From: an uncultured Nitrospiraceae bacterium
GTDB taxonomy: Bacteria; Nitrospirota; Nitrospiria; Nitrospirales; Nitrospiraceae
Assembly: GCA_963846575.1 (NCBI GenBank)
Contig: CAWJWJ010000002.1
Coordinates: forward strand, 576,001-640,000
Direction: 5' to 3'
DNA: 64,000 bases
Shown here: piece after piece, positions 51,012 through 64,000 of the stretch
Position numbering within the stretch: position 1 is the first letter of the stretch
How the letters are laid out: each line of letters opens with the position of its first letter
Position numbers and translations under genes: made by a program
Notes under the pieces: model-generated
What the model saw: the letters and a program-made list of their open reading frames with translations, nothing else
The model's database searches: none
Told to the model about the DNA's origin: nothing

Positions 51012-51520
51012 TCGGGCTGGTGTCTTTTCCCGGCCGTGGGTAGGAGGGCTTTGGCTGCTGGAGCGCGCGAGTACTTCCCGCTGCCGAGGGGTCGCGCGAG
51101 GGGTCATTGTAAAAAGGCTCCTCGCCCCACTTCCTCACTTCTGACCTTCAGAGACACAACATTGGGTTGCTTCTGGATGGTTGTTCTATCCCACGCTGTT
51201 GTGCAGCAGGGGTTTGGGGATCTTTATTCTGATTGACCATCGTGTGCCGCGCATCTGGCCGTGAATGCTGTGTGTTGAGATTGCTCGGTGCTGTCAGAGT
51301 TCACGTGCCCAATGAACGGCTCACGCGCCTGTCGATTGGGAGAGACAGAGCCAGCCTGTTGCGGGAATAAATATTCGGCGTAGGGGCGTTTCAAGTCTGT
51401 CGAACGGTCTGTCTCCTGGCTCCGCCCGGGCATCGGTTGAGCGAGAGGTGAATGACCACCCCCGGTACCGACAGACTCAATTTGATCCAAGTGTCGCCTT
51501 CGTGCAGCAGACAGTCCTGA

Positions 51521-53788
51521 TCACAACTTCCCAAACATCCTCTCAAAAAACTGCTTCGTTGCTCTCATGTGCTCCTCAAGATCCGTCTGTAGATGCCTCG
51601 CTCCGGCTTGCCAATCGTCGGTGGTGTAGCCGACACGGCGGGCGAGAAAGACAAAATCATCGGAGTCCGTTGCCGGGAGCACGAGATCCTTGGCATTGCC
51701 ACGCACCATGCGCAATCCGTCGATCAGCATCCGAATGAAGAGGTAGGCTTTGCGCAGCTGTTCGCCGTCCTGCCGGGTTACAATTCCACGCCCGACAAGC
51801 CCTGCCAGCGCTTGCATGCTATTGGGTGTCCGCAAGGTCGGGTGTTGGTGTCCATGCATGAGTTGAAGGTATTGAATCGCATATTCAATGTCGACGAGCC
51901 CTCCGGCGCTATGTTTCACATTGACGGTTCCGGGCTCAACGAGTTGCTTCAGTTGCTGCCGCCTGAGGTCGAGGGCGACGGCGAGATCCCACGGTGTGCC
52001 GCTGTAGACGTACCGATCCCGATGGGCTTCGACCTGTTTTCCCAGCGCGGCATCTCCGGCAACGCTCCGAAGCTTGATCATGGCCTGTCGCTCGAAGGGC
52101 GCCGCCAGGCCGCCGGCGCTGTAATAACTGGCGATTTCGTCGAGAGGATTGGTGAGAGAGCCCTTGCCACCATGAGGGCGCAGGCGAATATCGAGATGGA
52201 AGATGCCTTCCTGTTTGGCTTCGATGCCTTGTAGGAGTTCTTGTGCGAGCCGTTCGAAATATTCGCTATTCTCGATGCTTATTTTTCCGCTAGTACGGCC
52301 TGCGCCGCCGTAGACGAAGAGGACCTCAATGTCCGATGCGTAGCCGAGCTCGCGGCCTCCGAATTTCCCCATCCCGAGTACGGCGAAGGGACAGGGTGTT
52401 TTAGTTGTCAGGCGCGGGGCACCATATTGTTTCCCCAACTTGCTTTGGCAATCGCGCAGACTGCGTTCGACGATCACCTCGGCGAGCTCCGTCAGCGCTT
52501 CTGAAAAGTCAGCGAGGCTTGAAGCATCCGCCATGTGCTTCATGTCGATGCGGAAGAGTTCCTGATCCTTGAATCGATTCAGGACCTCCTTGCGCGCAGC
52601 CTCGGTCTTGGCTTTGGCCATGAGGCGGTCGAGTTCCTTCCGGAGACCTGCTTGGGGCTTGATAAGCGGCGCATCGCGGTAGTCTTTTAAGAGGGGCAAC
52701 AGATTGCCATGCTGTCGGCGAAGAAAATCTTCCCATAAAAAGTCGCTGGTCCCCAGCAGGCGGGCGAGAATGGGAAAAGTCTTCTTGTCATTGAGAAAGG
52801 CGAGAGCCTGTTGCTGGGCCTTCCCTTTTGCCTCCTGCACGGTGAGGTCGAGGAATTGGTCGAAGGCTTCCAAGGCCTTGGCCGGGTCCGGCGCCCAGGT
52901 CAGGGCATGAGTGAACTGTTTGATAAGCACCGCGGTCAGACGCAGATGTTGTTGGTCGACGGAATCGGTGAGTTTTCGGCCGTGTCGATTCCGCACGTAA
53001 AAGCGATCGTGCAGCTTGTCACCCTCGATCGAGAATTGTGCTTTGGCAATGTAGATGTTGCGCATGGCCAGGGCATTGGCAAAGGCATAGAGAAAGGCCG
53101 GAGTGTCGTCTGATTGGATCTCCATCACGGTGTCCGTGGGGGACTGGCCATTGTCGAAGGTGATCTGAACAGTGTGCAGAAGGCCGCTGAATGCACTGCG
53201 GCGTTGTCCCAGGTATTCGACCAGTTGCCGGTTCACTGCCTGGCGTGCTTCGTCAAACTGGCCGCCGTCCAAAAGCGTAATCATCGCCGTGAGCTCGTTC
53301 ATCAGCCGGCTGCGATCGCCCTGTTGAAATGACGCGCCGCGCACCGGCTGCACGCGAAAGACGTCGACGATTTTTTTTCTGCCCAGACCGGGGCGGCCTT
53401 TCGGCCGGCCAAGTGTGTCGCCGGTCCAGTTGGTGCGAGTCGCAGGGGGTGCTTCGACGAAGGTGTAAATCCGCCCCTCTTCGATGTTTAGCCCGAAGGC
53501 GGAGAGGAGGCCGCAGATGGTGGCGAACTCGGAGAAGTAGTCATAGGCCACGATGGTGATGGTACAGCGGCCGTCGGTCGCGTCGGCGATTGACAGATCG
53601 CAGAGGTGGTCCGGCGTGAGTGTGGCGGCCTGCTTGATATGGCTCGCGAGAATTTTCGGAGAGAAGGCCGTGAAGTAATCGGGGTCCATCCGGTTGATGA
53701 AGTCCTGCAGAATGTCGGTGTCCACGCCTTGGCAGATCGGCGTGAGAGTCGCGAGGAGACGATCGCGAGCGGCATCAGCAGGCAGCAT
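51521..53788 (-). CDS. glnE: GlnE-family protein: GlnD-like ACT domains plus a single adenylyltransferase domain
   Basis: GMGKFGGRELGYASDIE, DIRLRPHG, FERQAMIK, KHSAGGLVDIEY; N-terminal ACT-like repeats. Confidence 0.8.
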   Translation of the reverse strand: MLPADAARDRLLATLTPICQGVDTDILQDFINRMDPDYFTAFSPKILASHIKQAATLTPDHLCDLSIADATDGRCTITIVAYDYFSEFATICGLLSAFGLNIEEGRIYTFVEAPPATRTNWTGDTLGRPKGRPGLGRKKIVDVFRVQPVRGASFQQGDRSRLMNELTAMITLLDGGQFDEARQAVNRQLVEYLGQRRSAFSGLLHTVQITFDNGQSPTDTVMEIQSDDTPAFLYAFANALAMRNIYIAKAQFSIEGDKLHDRFYVRNRHGRKLTDSVDQQHLRLTAVLIKQFTHALTWAPDPAKALEAFDQFLDLTVQEAKGKAQQQALAFLNDKKTFPILARLLGTSDFLWEDFLRRQHGNLLPLLKDYRDAPLIKPQAGLRKELDRLMAKAKTEAARKEVLNRFKDQELFRIDMKHMADASSLADFSEALTELAEVIVERSLRDCQSKLGKQYGAPRLTTKTPCPFAVLGMGKFGGRELGYASDIEVLFVYGGAGRTSGKISIENSEYFERLAQELLQGIEAKQEGIFHLDIRLRPHGGKGSLTNPLDEIASYYSAGGLAAPFERQAMIKLRSVAGDAALGKQVEAHRDRYVYSGTPWDLAVALDLRRQQLKQLVEPGTVNVKHSAGGLVDIEYAIQYLQLMHGHQHPTLRTPNSMQALAGLVGRGIVTRQDGEQLRKAYLFIRMLIDGLRMVRGNAKDLVLPATDSDDFVFLARRVGYTTDDWQAGARHLQTDLEEHMRATKQFFERMFGKL

Positions 53789-53855
53789 GGTAGGCGAGTA
53801 TACCCGAAGCCGGTTTCATTGTACCGGAAGAATTGCACCAGTATAATGCGGCTCC
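53789..53855. promoter_or_regulatory. Divergent, apparently leaderless promoters for the two glnE halves
   Basis: + strand TTGTAC-N17-TATAAT-N8-ATG; - strand TATACT-N8-ATG; no SD on either side. Confidence 0.55.
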
Positions 53856-57328
<3,473 letters not shown>

Positions 57329-57365
57329 CTAATAGTCGTGAGATCGGGGTTAGTCAGATTCAGAA

Positions 57366-57668
57366 TTAGTTGGTGAAAATGCCCAACACGTCTTCTTCCT
57401 TGAGGATCAGGCATTCTTCATCTTCAATGCGGAGTTTGCTGCCGGAATACTTGTCGAACAACACCTGGTCGCCGACCTTGATGTTTTCGACCTTCTTCCC
57501 AATGGCTTGCACGATCCCTCGTTGCGGCTTTTCCTTCGCGGAGTCAGGAACATAGATTCCGCCGGAGGTCCGCTCCATTTCCTCAGTGTAGGTGACGAAC
57601 AAACGGTCACCGAGCGGCTGAAAATTCTTCGCAGCCGTTGATTTCTTCTCTTTCGCTTCCGTAGCCAT
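57366..57668 (-). CDS. groS: Co-chaperonin GroES
   Basis: PLGDR...TSGGIYVPDSAKEKP...KVGDQVLF; SD GGAGGA. Confidence 0.96.
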   Translation of the reverse strand: MATEAKEKKSTAAKNFQPLGDRLFVTYTEEMERTSGGIYVPDSAKEKPQRGIVQAIGKKVENIKVGDQVLFDKYSGSKLRIEDEECLILKEEDVLGIFTN

Positions 57669-57783
57669 ACCCAATCCTCCTTCTGGTGATGAGCGTCGAG
57701 GCCCTAATGTACAGTTGTGTGAAAGCTGGCAAATCAGCTTTGACGTGTTACCGCAAGGGCTCCCTGCAGTAAACTCGAAGCAT

Positions 57784-57811
57784 AGATAGCGCTGGCATGA
57801 GGCAAGTCAAT
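57784..57811 (-). promoter_or_regulatory. Possible promoter for groESL (RpoH-like)
   Basis: ATTG-N17-GCTATCT on the - strand resembles the CTTG-N17-CYTATNT RpoH pattern. Confidence 0.25.
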
Positions 57812-57931
57812 GGATGGACTATAAATTTATTCTGGCACGAGCTGCAAATGGGATAATCGATCGCAAACGCTTGATTCTAGGCGATATGGTTCCTGCCTCT
57901 GGTCATCTGGTTAGGGCCTCTTCGATGGAGG

Positions 57932-59551
57932 CTACTCTCTGTAGGGGCGTAGCGCCTGTTCACAAGGTCGAGCTGTCTTCCCTGGAGCCTCCGATGGTGC
58001 CATTCCGGCCAGAAATCCAAGAATACGGTGGGTGATCTGCCGGGCGGCCTCGCTGGACCGTGCGTTCCGCAGAGCCGGGGCGTTGTAGTCGTCGAGCCCC
58101 CAACTCCATTGAATGGTGCCGGAGGCGAATACCCGGCCACCGCCGGCTGTCTCATATAGCGTCATATCCCCGTGAACGACCCGTCCGTCGCGGTCATAAG
58201 GAGAATGGGCGAGCACGGTCAATCCGGCCGGTCCGTTTGGAAAGGCCCGGTCGATTTCGTACCCCAGCAGGCCAGGGAGCCGATGATCCTTGGGTAATGT
58301 CACACCGGCGAACAGGGGGTGGGAAGGCATAGTAATGAGAACATCCCCATCTACCGGCACGGTCTCATACATGACCCCGATTAATTCCTGCTCCGGTCTG
58401 TTCACTGGCGGGTCGCGCCATTGGACGGTCACCAAGTGATCGTTCGACGGATCCCCGTCGACAGCATAGGGGTCTTCTGTCTGGCCCGCTTCCTTGTACG
58501 AGACCATCGTTCGGTCGGGCTCGCCCGTCAGCGGGCTGGGTTCGAGCCTAATTTGCCAGTAACAGGTATTGGCCGAGAAAAAGCCGAGACTCAGACCCTG
58601 GTCTCGAGCCCCCTCCACATGGCGCCGCATCTCAAACGACCAGTATTCATCATGCCCCACTGATAGCCATGCTTTGTGTCCCCGCCAAAAGTCCGCACGG
58701 TTATGCGTATCAATGTCGGTGCTGTAGGTGACATCGTACCCATTGCGCTCCAGCCAGCGGACCATGTTGTATTCCCATCCGGCCGTGGAAAGTGAGCGGG
58801 TAGGATGGATCGACAGAGCAGTGAGAAATTCTCCGGCACCGGTACCGCTGCCGCCATTGGGATGTTGGCTACGGGCATAGGGACGGTTAAACGACACTTT
58901 TCTGGCCCATTGTTCATTCAGGCTGTTTGACGGATAGGTCGACTTGCCGCCCCAGTTGTTGTAGGCCTGGAACGTCGTGACGCTGGATTGAAACAGGAAG
59001 TCGGAGGTCCGCTCATCCTCCCGGATCACGAAGATGATGTAACTTTGTTTGCCGCTGGTTGTACCGGTCAACTGGGCCAGATAGACACCGCTCAGCCAGT
59101 CACCAGGATTGTCGGACTGTGTGTTCACCACATAGGACACCTGCCAATCACATTCGATGAGTCCCGTCGCCGGCTCCGGTACCGGCATGGGTTGTTGAAT
59201 GCCCGGCAGGTTGATGCCGCCCAGTACCAGCCGCGCACCGGTTCCTCCATACCACCCCATACGATACAGCGCGACCTTCACCCAAGGATCTGTGCTGTGG
59301 ATGTACAGGCGAAGTGCCTCACCGCGCTGGATGCTGGTGGCTGAGGCATACCCTTCGACCTCGTGGTCGGCTGGATTGGTCAGGACCCAGTCGGCGCTGC
59401 CGGGCCGGGTATTCTCAATTGTCACGGGTGAATCGGTCGTCGGGTAGGCCCTGACAAGGGATGCGGTCACGACCGTGAGCAGGAGGATCGTACTGGCGAG
59501 GCGGACGAGGCACGCCCGGTTACATTCGAAGCCTGTCAAAATCTTTGACAT
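57932..59551 (-). CDS. N,N-dimethylformamidase beta-subunit-like exported protein
   Basis: ENTRPGS.DW...EGYAS, YRMGWYGG.GAR, FQAYNNWGG, VSFNRPY, SVGHDEYWS, GYEID motifs; start approximate. Confidence 0.75.
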   Translation of the reverse strand: MSKILTGFECNRACLVRLASTILLLTVVTASLVRAYPTTDSPVTIENTRPGSADWVLTNPADHEVEGYASATSIQRGEALRLYIHSTDPWVKVALYRMGWYGGTGARLVLGGINLPGIQQPMPVPEPATGLIECDWQVSYVVNTQSDNPGDWLSGVYLAQLTGTTSGKQSYIIFVIREDERTSDFLFQSSVTTFQAYNNWGGKSTYPSNSLNEQWARKVSFNRPYARSQHPNGGSGTGAGEFLTALSIHPTRSLSTAGWEYNMVRWLERNGYDVTYSTDIDTHNRADFWRGHKAWLSVGHDEYWSFEMRRHVEGARDQGLSLGFFSANTCYWQIRLEPSPLTGEPDRTMVSYKEAGQTEDPYAVDGDPSNDHLVTVQWRDPPVNRPEQELIGVMYETVPVDGDVLITMPSHPLFAGVTLPKDHRLPGLLGYEIDRAFPNGPAGLTVLAHSPYDRDGRVVHGDMTLYETAGGGRVFASGTIQWSWGLDDYNAPALRNARSSEAARQITHRILGFLAGMAPSEAPGKTARPCEQALRPYRE

Positions 59552-60530
59552 CCTTTTTAATGTAATCGCGGAGCCGCTTAATGATGCGCGCCTCAAGCTG
59601 TCTCGTGCGTTCCTTCGTTATGCCGTATTTGGCCCCCATGTCTTCGAGCGTGAGGGGGGTTTCGGACAGGATACGGTTGCGAAGAATATCTTCCTCGCGC
59701 TCGTCGAGGGTCTTCGTGAATTCGGCCAGCTTCATTCGAAACAGGGCTTTGAGTTGCGTATCGGCCAGTTTTTCGTCGGCCGGTTGTTCATGGGCGGGGA
59801 GCACATCCATGAGCGTCCCGTCCTGTTCCTGGCCGATCGGCTGGTCGAGCGACAATTCCCAGCTTCCCAGCCGCTGGTCCATTTCGATGACGTCTCGCTC
59901 GCGGACATTCAGGCGGTCTGCAAGGAGCTTGCTGTCCGGGGCAAAGCCTTCACGTTCAAGTTTGGCCTTTTCCTTTTTGAGGTTATAAAACAGCTTGCGC
60001 TGGTCTTGGGTAGTGCCGATCTTGATTAAGCGATAGGTGTTCAGCAGATAGCGAAGAATGTACGCCCTGGCCCACCAGGCGGCATAGGCATAGAAGCGGA
60101 CGTTTTTCGTAGGATCAAACTTTTTGATGGCCTGAAGCAGTCCGACATTCCCTTCCTGAATCAGATCCATATGGTCGGCGCCCGTATGGAGATACTCGGA
60201 TGCGATGGAGACAGAGACCCGCAGGTTGGCGAGAATGAGCTTCATAGCCGCCTCGCGGCTACCCCGTTGCTGATATTCTTCGAAGAGACGAAGCTCCTCC
60301 TCCTTCGTGAGATAAGGATACCGCCTGAGTTCCGTGAGGTATTGCTGGATTGTGGTGACGGGAACCAGGGATGTCGAGAGCGGTGTCTCGGCGGGTTCGT
60401 TCAGTGCCTGTCGGTCGGCCGTGGCGTGTTCTTCCGTGACCTCCTCGTCAGTCGGCTCCAAATGTTCGGGGTCGACGGCGTCTTCGGCCAGGTCTTCGTC
60501 GGAATCGGGCGTCTGCTTGCTCTGTGCCAT
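59520..60530 (-). CDS. rpoH: RNA polymerase sigma-32 (RpoH-like) factor
   Basis: DLIQEGNVGL region 2, RpoH box TTQDQRKLFYNL, region 4 ITKERTRQLE. Confidence 0.85.
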   Translation of the reverse strand: MAQSKQTPDSDEDLAEDAVDPEHLEPTDEEVTEEHATADRQALNEPAETPLSTSLVPVTTIQQYLTELRRYPYLTKEEELRLFEEYQQRGSREAAMKLILANLRVSVSIASEYLHTGADHMDLIQEGNVGLLQAIKKFDPTKNVRFYAYAAWWARAYILRYLLNTYRLIKIGTTQDQRKLFYNLKKEKAKLEREGFAPDSKLLADRLNVRERDVIEMDQRLGSWELSLDQPIGQEQDGTLMDVLPAHEQPADEKLADTQLKALFRMKLAEFTKTLDEREEDILRNRILSETPLTLEDMGAKYGITKERTRQLEARIIKRLRDYIKKDVKDFDRLRM

Positions 60531-60729
60531 GCTTCTGTACATTCGCTCGTTGCAAGCTGTGACTATACCAGATGTCAGGCGTAGGACAATACGCGACTTG
60601 CCGCATCGGCATCAGCGATCCCTTGCGTCTCCGAAATCCTGCCTCGTATATTGCCCAAGTCGGGCCGCGATCTGTCACAATCAACGTGAAGCAGTTCGTG
60701 AGATGAACCGACAGCACTCGAGGTCATAG

Positions 60730-61959
60730 ATGAAGGAACATAACCTAGTCGCCGCTCTTCGTTCGGGACATTGGCCCACGCTGGCCGGCGCATGGCTGCA
60801 CCTTACCGTCAGTTTTATGGTGTGGGTGCTGTTCGGCGCGTTGGCTGTGGCCCTCGGGGAAGAACTCCGTCTCACGTCGCCGCAACTGAGCCTGCTGGTG
60901 GCCCTTCCGCTGCTGGGCGGTGCGCTCCTGCGGATCGCGGCAGGGTGGGGCTGCGATTGGTATGGCGCAAGGCGGACCGGGCTTCTGGTGCTGGGTCTTC
61001 AGTTGATCGCAGTGTCCTGGGCGGTGTTCGGTGGGACCAGCTATGGAGAGTTGCTCGGTATCGGACTCTTACTCGGCGCCGGTGGCGCGAGTTTCGCCGT
61101 GGCCATGCCAGTGGCCAGCCGGGCCTATCCCGCGGCTCACCAGGGGCTGGTGTTAGGGCTGGTCGCGTCCGGGAATGTTGGGACTGTCTTGATCCTCTTT
61201 CTCGCCCCGCGGTGGGAATCCTCATTGGGATGGCATGGAGCCTGCGCGGTCATGCTGCTCCCATTACTGCTGGCACTCGGGCTTTTTTCCAGCGTGGTGC
61301 GGGACGAGACGCCGGTGCGGTCCCCTGCCCGCGGTGCCTGGTTGCATGCCGCCACGGAGATGATGCGCGTTCCCTCCGTCTACTGGCTCTGTTTGATCTA
61401 TGGCATTACATTCGGCGGGTTTGTCGGGCTGACGAGTTTTCTTCCGCTCCTCCTGCATGATCACTACGGCAGTGATCCCATTGTCGGCGGTTCAATCGCC
61501 GGGCTCTGCGGACTGGTGGGGAGTTTGATTCGTCCGCTGGGGGGGTATGTGGCGGATCGGTGGGGTGGATGGCGTGTCCTGGTGGGGGTGTTCGTGTTAC
61601 TCGCCCTCCTTAGCCTCCTGACGGCCTCGCTTCCTGCCCTGACCTGGGCCGTGGGATTATTGATGGTTCTGGTTACGGTCATGGGATTCGGGAATGGCGT
61701 CATTTTTCAGATTGTCTCAGAATGGTTTCCCAGGGATATCGGGCTGGCGTCCGGTCTCGTCGGAGCGGCCGGAGGAATCGGTGGATTCTTTGTTCCCATT
61801 TGGTTCGGACTGTTGCGTGAAAGTACGGGGACCTATACCACTGGTTTCATCGGGCTCTCCCTGCTCAGTCTCGTGGCTTCGATGACGGTCACTCCGGCGT
61901 TGCGGTGGCGCCCGCGCACGGTGACCGAGGCTTCGAATGCCGGCGGCTTTTCTCGTTGA
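60730..61959 (+). CDS. NarK/NrtP-like nitrate/nitrite MFS transporter
   Basis: SGHWPTL start, GAGGASFAVAMP...GNVG, TFGGFVG, RPLGG, GFGNG...GAAGGIGGF nitrate-signature motifs. Confidence 0.8.
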   Translation: MKEHNLVAALRSGHWPTLAGAWLHLTVSFMVWVLFGALAVALGEELRLTSPQLSLLVALPLLGGALLRIAAGWGCDWYGARRTGLLVLGLQLIAVSWAVFGGTSYGELLGIGLLLGAGGASFAVAMPVASRAYPAAHQGLVLGLVASGNVGTVLILFLAPRWESSLGWHGACAVMLLPLLLALGLFSSVVRDETPVRSPARGAWLHAATEMMRVPSVYWLCLIYGITFGGFVGLTSFLPLLLHDHYGSDPIVGGSIAGLCGLVGSLIRPLGGYVADRWGGWRVLVGVFVLLALLSLLTASLPALTWAVGLLMVLVTVMGFGNGVIFQIVSEWFPRDIGLASGLVGAAGGIGGFFVPIWFGLLRESTGTYTTGFIGLSLLSLVASMTVTPALRWRPRTVTEASNAGGFSR

Positions 61960-62083
61960 CAGGTGCGGCATGAAAAGAGTTAGCTGAGCCACCGGGGGTG
62001 GAAATGATGATCAGCGGCTGCCGGGGCTGATCAAGCACGAGGAGGGCCTCGGATACGACCCCGGAGCTTACGATTGAGGAGCT

Positions 62084-63292
62084 ATGACGACACCGTTTCA
62101 TTCGATCGAAGATGCGATCAAGGACATCAAGAAGGGGAAGTTTGTCATCCTCATCGATGATGAAGATCGTGAAAATGAAGGCGACCTCGTGATGGCGGCC
62201 GGCAAGGTCACCCCGCACGCCGTGAACTTTATGGCCAAGCATGCGCGGGGTCTGATCTGTCTGGCGCTGACACCGGAACGGGTGGAGGAATTGCAACTGC
62301 CCCCGCAAGCCGTGGAGAACACCGCCACGTTCGGTACGGCCTTCACGGTGTCCATCGATGCGCGCAAGGGTATCACCACCGGCATTTCCGCTGCTGATCG
62401 TGCGACCACCATTCATGTCGCTATCGATCCTCAGTCCAAGCCGGTGGATCTGGCGCGTCCAGGTCATATTTTCCCGCTCAAATCACAGGTTGGGGGTGTA
62501 CTCCGTCGTGCCGGGCAGACCGAAGGGTCGGTGGATCTCGCCCGCTTGGCCGGCCTGTATCCTGCGGGAGTCATCTGCGAAATCATGAACGAGGATGGCA
62601 CGATGGCCCGCGTGCCGGAACTGGCCAAATTCGCCAAGCAGCACAAGTTGAAGCTGGTCACGATCAAGGCACTGATCGAATACCGCATGCATCGTGAAAC
62701 CTTTGTCCATCGTGCGGCAAGCGCGCTTTTGCCCACCACGTTCGGCGACTTCGAGGCGATTGCATTCGAAAGTCAAATCGACGGTGCGACGCACATTGCC
62801 TTGGTAAAGGGACAGGTCGATGCGCCGACGCCGATGCTCGTCCGCGTCCATTCCGGTTGCCTCACCGCAGATGTGCTGGGGTCTCTACGCTGCGATTGCC
62901 GCGAGCAACTCCATCGCGCCATGGAAATTATCCAGAAAGAAGGCCGTGGGGTGCTGCTCTATCTGAATCAGGAAGGTCGCGGGATCGGCCTGCTGAATAA
63001 GATTAAAGCCTACGGTTTGCAGGACCAGGGTAGTGACACCGTCGAAGCGAATCTTCAGCTCGGTTTCAAGGCCGATCTGCGTGATTACGGCGTGGGGGCG
63101 CAGATCCTGGTCCAGCTTGGCCTGCATCGCATCAGATTGATTACCAACAATCCCCGCAAGATCGTCGGGATAGAGGGCTACGGGCTGAAGGTCGTCGAAC
63201 GGGTTCCGATCGAAATTGCCCCGCGTGCCGACAATGAGAAATATCTCCGTACGAAAAAATCCAAACTCGGCCATCTGTTGAAGAAAGTCTGA
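62084..63292 (+). CDS. ribBA: Bifunctional DHBP synthase/GTP cyclohydrolase II
   Basis: [26 protein letters not shown]...[12 protein letters not shown]. Confidence 0.97.
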   Translation: MTTPFHSIEDAIKDIKKGKFVILIDDEDRENEGDLVMAAGKVTPHAVNFMAKHARGLICLALTPERVEELQLPPQAVENTATFGTAFTVSIDARKGITTGISAADRATTIHVAIDPQSKPVDLARPGHIFPLKSQVGGVLRRAGQTEGSVDLARLAGLYPAGVICEIMNEDGTMARVPELAKFAKQHKLKLVTIKALIEYRMHRETFVHRAASALLPTTFGDFEAIAFESQIDGATHIALVKGQVDAPTPMLVRVHSGCLTADVLGSLRCDCREQLHRAMEIIQKEGRGVLLYLNQEGRGIGLLNKIKAYGLQDQGSDTVEANLQLGFKADLRDYGVGAQILVQLGLHRIRLITNNPRKIVGIEGYGLKVVERVPIEIAPRADNEKYLRTKKSKLGHLLKKV

Positions 63293-63451
63293 CACCGCAA
63301 GACGGGTTCAATCTGCATCACCTTTCGAGGGTGGCGTAGGTTCGACCACGGCCTGAAACGTGTAGCCATTTGAGGCCCATTCCAGGTATGATCCCCCTCT
63401 TTCTTCCATACAGACACAGTTCATGAGACGTCCGAACCGTCACGCAAGCCG

Positions 63452-63997
63452 ATGAAGCTCCGCAAAGGGTCCCAAGACGCGACGGGTCTGACTTTCGGCG
63501 TCGTGGCGAGTAAATTCAATAAGTTCGTGACGGGCCGCTTGCTGGCAGAATGCGTGAACACCTTGATCAAGGCCGGAGCGAGAGATGAGGCCATCGAGGT
63601 CATTCGGGTCCCGGGCGCCTTCGAGATTCCGTTAGTGGCTCGCCAACTCGCACGATGCGGCCGATTTGATGCGGTGATCTGTCTGGGCGCGGTTATTCGT
63701 GGCGATACTCCTCATTTTGAGTACATCAGCACCGAAGTCAGTCGGGGAATTATGCAGGCCTCCCTGGAGTCGAATGTGCCGGTGGTGTTCGGCGTGTTAA
63801 CGACCGACACGGTGGCTCAGGCGATCGAACGCGCGGATCCGATGAAAATGAATCGCGGGGCCGACGCGGCAAAAACGGCTATCGAAATGGTGAACGTTAT
63901 GCGGTTGCTCGGTAAGGATGCGAGCGGAGGGCCGTCGTCACTGGAGGTCAGTGCTACGCGACGGGCCGGGCGATCTGCGACGAGGCAAAAGCGCTGA
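63452..63997 (+). CDS. ribH: 6,7-dimethyl-8-ribityllumazine synthase
   Basis: VPGAFEIP, LGAVIRGDTPHFEY, FGVLTT...QAIER. Confidence 0.96.
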   Translation: MKLRKGSQDATGLTFGVVASKFNKFVTGRLLAECVNTLIKAGARDEAIEVIRVPGAFEIPLVARQLARCGRFDAVICLGAVIRGDTPHFEYISTEVSRGIMQASLESNVPVVFGVLTTDTVAQAIERADPMKMNRGADAAKTAIEMVNVMRLLGKDASGGPSSLEVSATRRAGRSATRQKR

Positions 63998-64000
63998 TCG

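Noticed and set aside
51224..51490. 88-aa ORF on the minus strand
   Set aside because: No recognisable motif or clear RBS; treated as unexplained intergenic DNA.
57675..57930. CIRCE operator or sigma54 site upstream of groES
   Set aside because: No TTAGCACTC-N9-GAGTGCTAA; TGGCACGAGCTGC has the wrong GG-GC spacing and is on the wrong strand.
60580..60700. GGACAATACG and TCACAATCAACGTGA as ANTAR hairpins before the MFS gene
   Set aside because: No G4 hexaloop, no proper stem and no terminator.
61960..62083. FMN riboswitch upstream of ribBA
   Set aside because: The RFN conserved blocks are absent; only a TGATCAGC...GCTGATCA hairpin is present.

Overview
This is a GC-rich bacterial chromosome segment. 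Gene content and protein styles fit a nitrite-oxidising Nitrospira, which is an inference. 1-7.6 kb holds the end of the spc/alpha ribosomal operons (rplR to rplQ, including rpmJ, which the ORF track missed). 7.8-12.8 kb holds lptCAB-rpoN-hpf-rapZ. 12.9-20.9 kb holds a small MerR-type HTH gene, pilMNOPQ, aroB and a GAF-GAF-ANTAR RNA-binding regulator. 21-56 kb is a large nitrogen-acquisition cluster: porin-urtABCDE-ureABC-ureFGD; nadE-porin-amtB-glnB-glnD-glnA; FNT channel-cynS-small ORF-nirA; a CBS protein; a frameshifted glycoside-hydrolase-like gene; and two divergent half-size glnE genes. 55.7-64 kb holds groEL/groES, a DMFase-beta-like gene, an rpoH-like sigma factor, a NarK-like MFS transporter, ribBA and ribH. 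The main finding is a putative ANTAR RNA-antitermination regulon for nitrogen assimilation. Four operon leaders (about 21970, 36020, 38050 and 45065) contain nine C-AANGNN-G hexaloop hairpins. In three leaders a hairpin is mutually exclusive with an intrinsic terminator, and one of these leaders has two attenuators in tandem. In the fourth leader the alternative helix abuts the ribosome-binding site. The matching GAF-GAF-ANTAR protein is encoded next to the cluster. Other notable items are a split GlnE in which one half carries GlnD-like ACT domains, apparent leaderless promoters, duplicated lipoprotein/leader modules, about 125-bp repeats bracketing ureC, and a 31-bp tandem duplication that breaks one gene.
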